Assembly: GCA_049671745.1 (NCBI GenBank)
Contig: JBATVL010000081.1
Location: 16,247 to 48,246, forward strand
Direction of reading: 5' to 3'
DNA length: 32,000 bases
From: Marinifilaceae bacterium
GTDB lineage: Bacteria; Bacteroidota; Bacteroidia; Bacteroidales; Marinifilaceae
Shown piece by piece: positions 31,738-32,000 of the stretch. Each line of letters starts with the position of its first letter. Position 1 is the first letter of the stretch. Position numbers and translations under genes: made by a program. The notes beneath the pieces were generated by a model. It was given only the letters and a program-made list of their open reading frames with translations, ran no database searches and had not been told where the DNA came from.

Positions 31738-32000
31738 ATGTCACTTGAACATTATAGTATAGATAAGAATACTGGTATGCCTAAATATCAGCAGTTGGTA
31801 GAGTCTTTAATTTTGGCTATACAGAAGGATAAGTTCAAAAAAGGCGATAAAATCCCTTCTATAAACGAAGTTTGTAAAAAATTTAAATTATCCAGAGATA
31901 CTGTACTTATGGCTTATAATAAATTGAAAGCTATGGGAATTATTGAATCTGTACCAGGTAAAGGATACTATATAAATAGTGTAAGTACTAATTTTACACA
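31738..32000 (+). CDS. GntR-family HTH transcriptional regulator, N-terminal fragment running off the window
   Basis: From ATG 31738 the frame reads MSLEHYSIDKNTGMPKYQQLVESLILAIQKDKFKKGDKIPSINEVCKKFKLSRDTVLMAYNKLKAMGIIESVPGKGYYI, a classic GntR winged-helix N-domain. It is divergent from galM and the PUL. The effector domain is not visible. Confidence 0.8.
   Translation, partial: MSLEHYSIDKNTGMPKYQQLVESLILAIQKDKFKKGDKIPSINEVCKKFKLSRDTVLMAYNKLKAMGIIESVPGKGYYINSVSTNFT

Overview
The window looks like an AT-rich Bacteroidota chromosome segment (composition judged by eye, not computed). Supporting signs are a SusC/SusD pair, an ECF sigma/FecR/TonB-dependent transducer cassette, lipoprotein signal peptides and TAnnTTTG-type promoter boxes. 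It splits into four blocks.

1. **1-11911, surface-glycan biosynthesis locus (LPS-core/O-antigen or capsule).** It holds a FabH-like fragment, an SDR, two sugar aminotransferases (one a clear WecE), three GT2 glycosyltransferases, an InaA/Kdo-type kinase and a Wzi-like outer-membrane protein. It also holds an alditol-phosphate trio: a fused cytidylyltransferase-SDR, LicD and a TagF-family transferase.
2. **12008-17914, five-gene cassette.** ECF sigma, FecR anti-sigma, a TonB-dependent transducer with an STN domain, a DUF4249-like lipoprotein, and an uncharacterised beta-barrel-like lipoprotein.
3. **18093-20341, housekeeping ffh-folD.**
4. **20420-32000, minus-strand polysaccharide-utilisation locus.** SusC, SusD, a GH2 beta-galactosidase and a GH63-like hydrolase, with galM upstream and a divergent GntR-type regulator cut by the window edge.

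I saw no rRNA, tRNA, CRISPR array, transposase/integrase or phage genes. I did not find an unambiguous new multi-gene system such as a defence island. The most unusual observations are:
- the teichoic-acid-style alditol-phosphate module in a Gram-negative glycan locus;
- a 500-bp ORF-free spacer inside that module that ends in a strong terminator;
- the poorly understood sigma/anti-sigma/transducer/DUF4249/beta-barrel cassette;
- a motif shared by two PUL promoter regions.

All functional calls come from motif recognition by eye. No database search was run.
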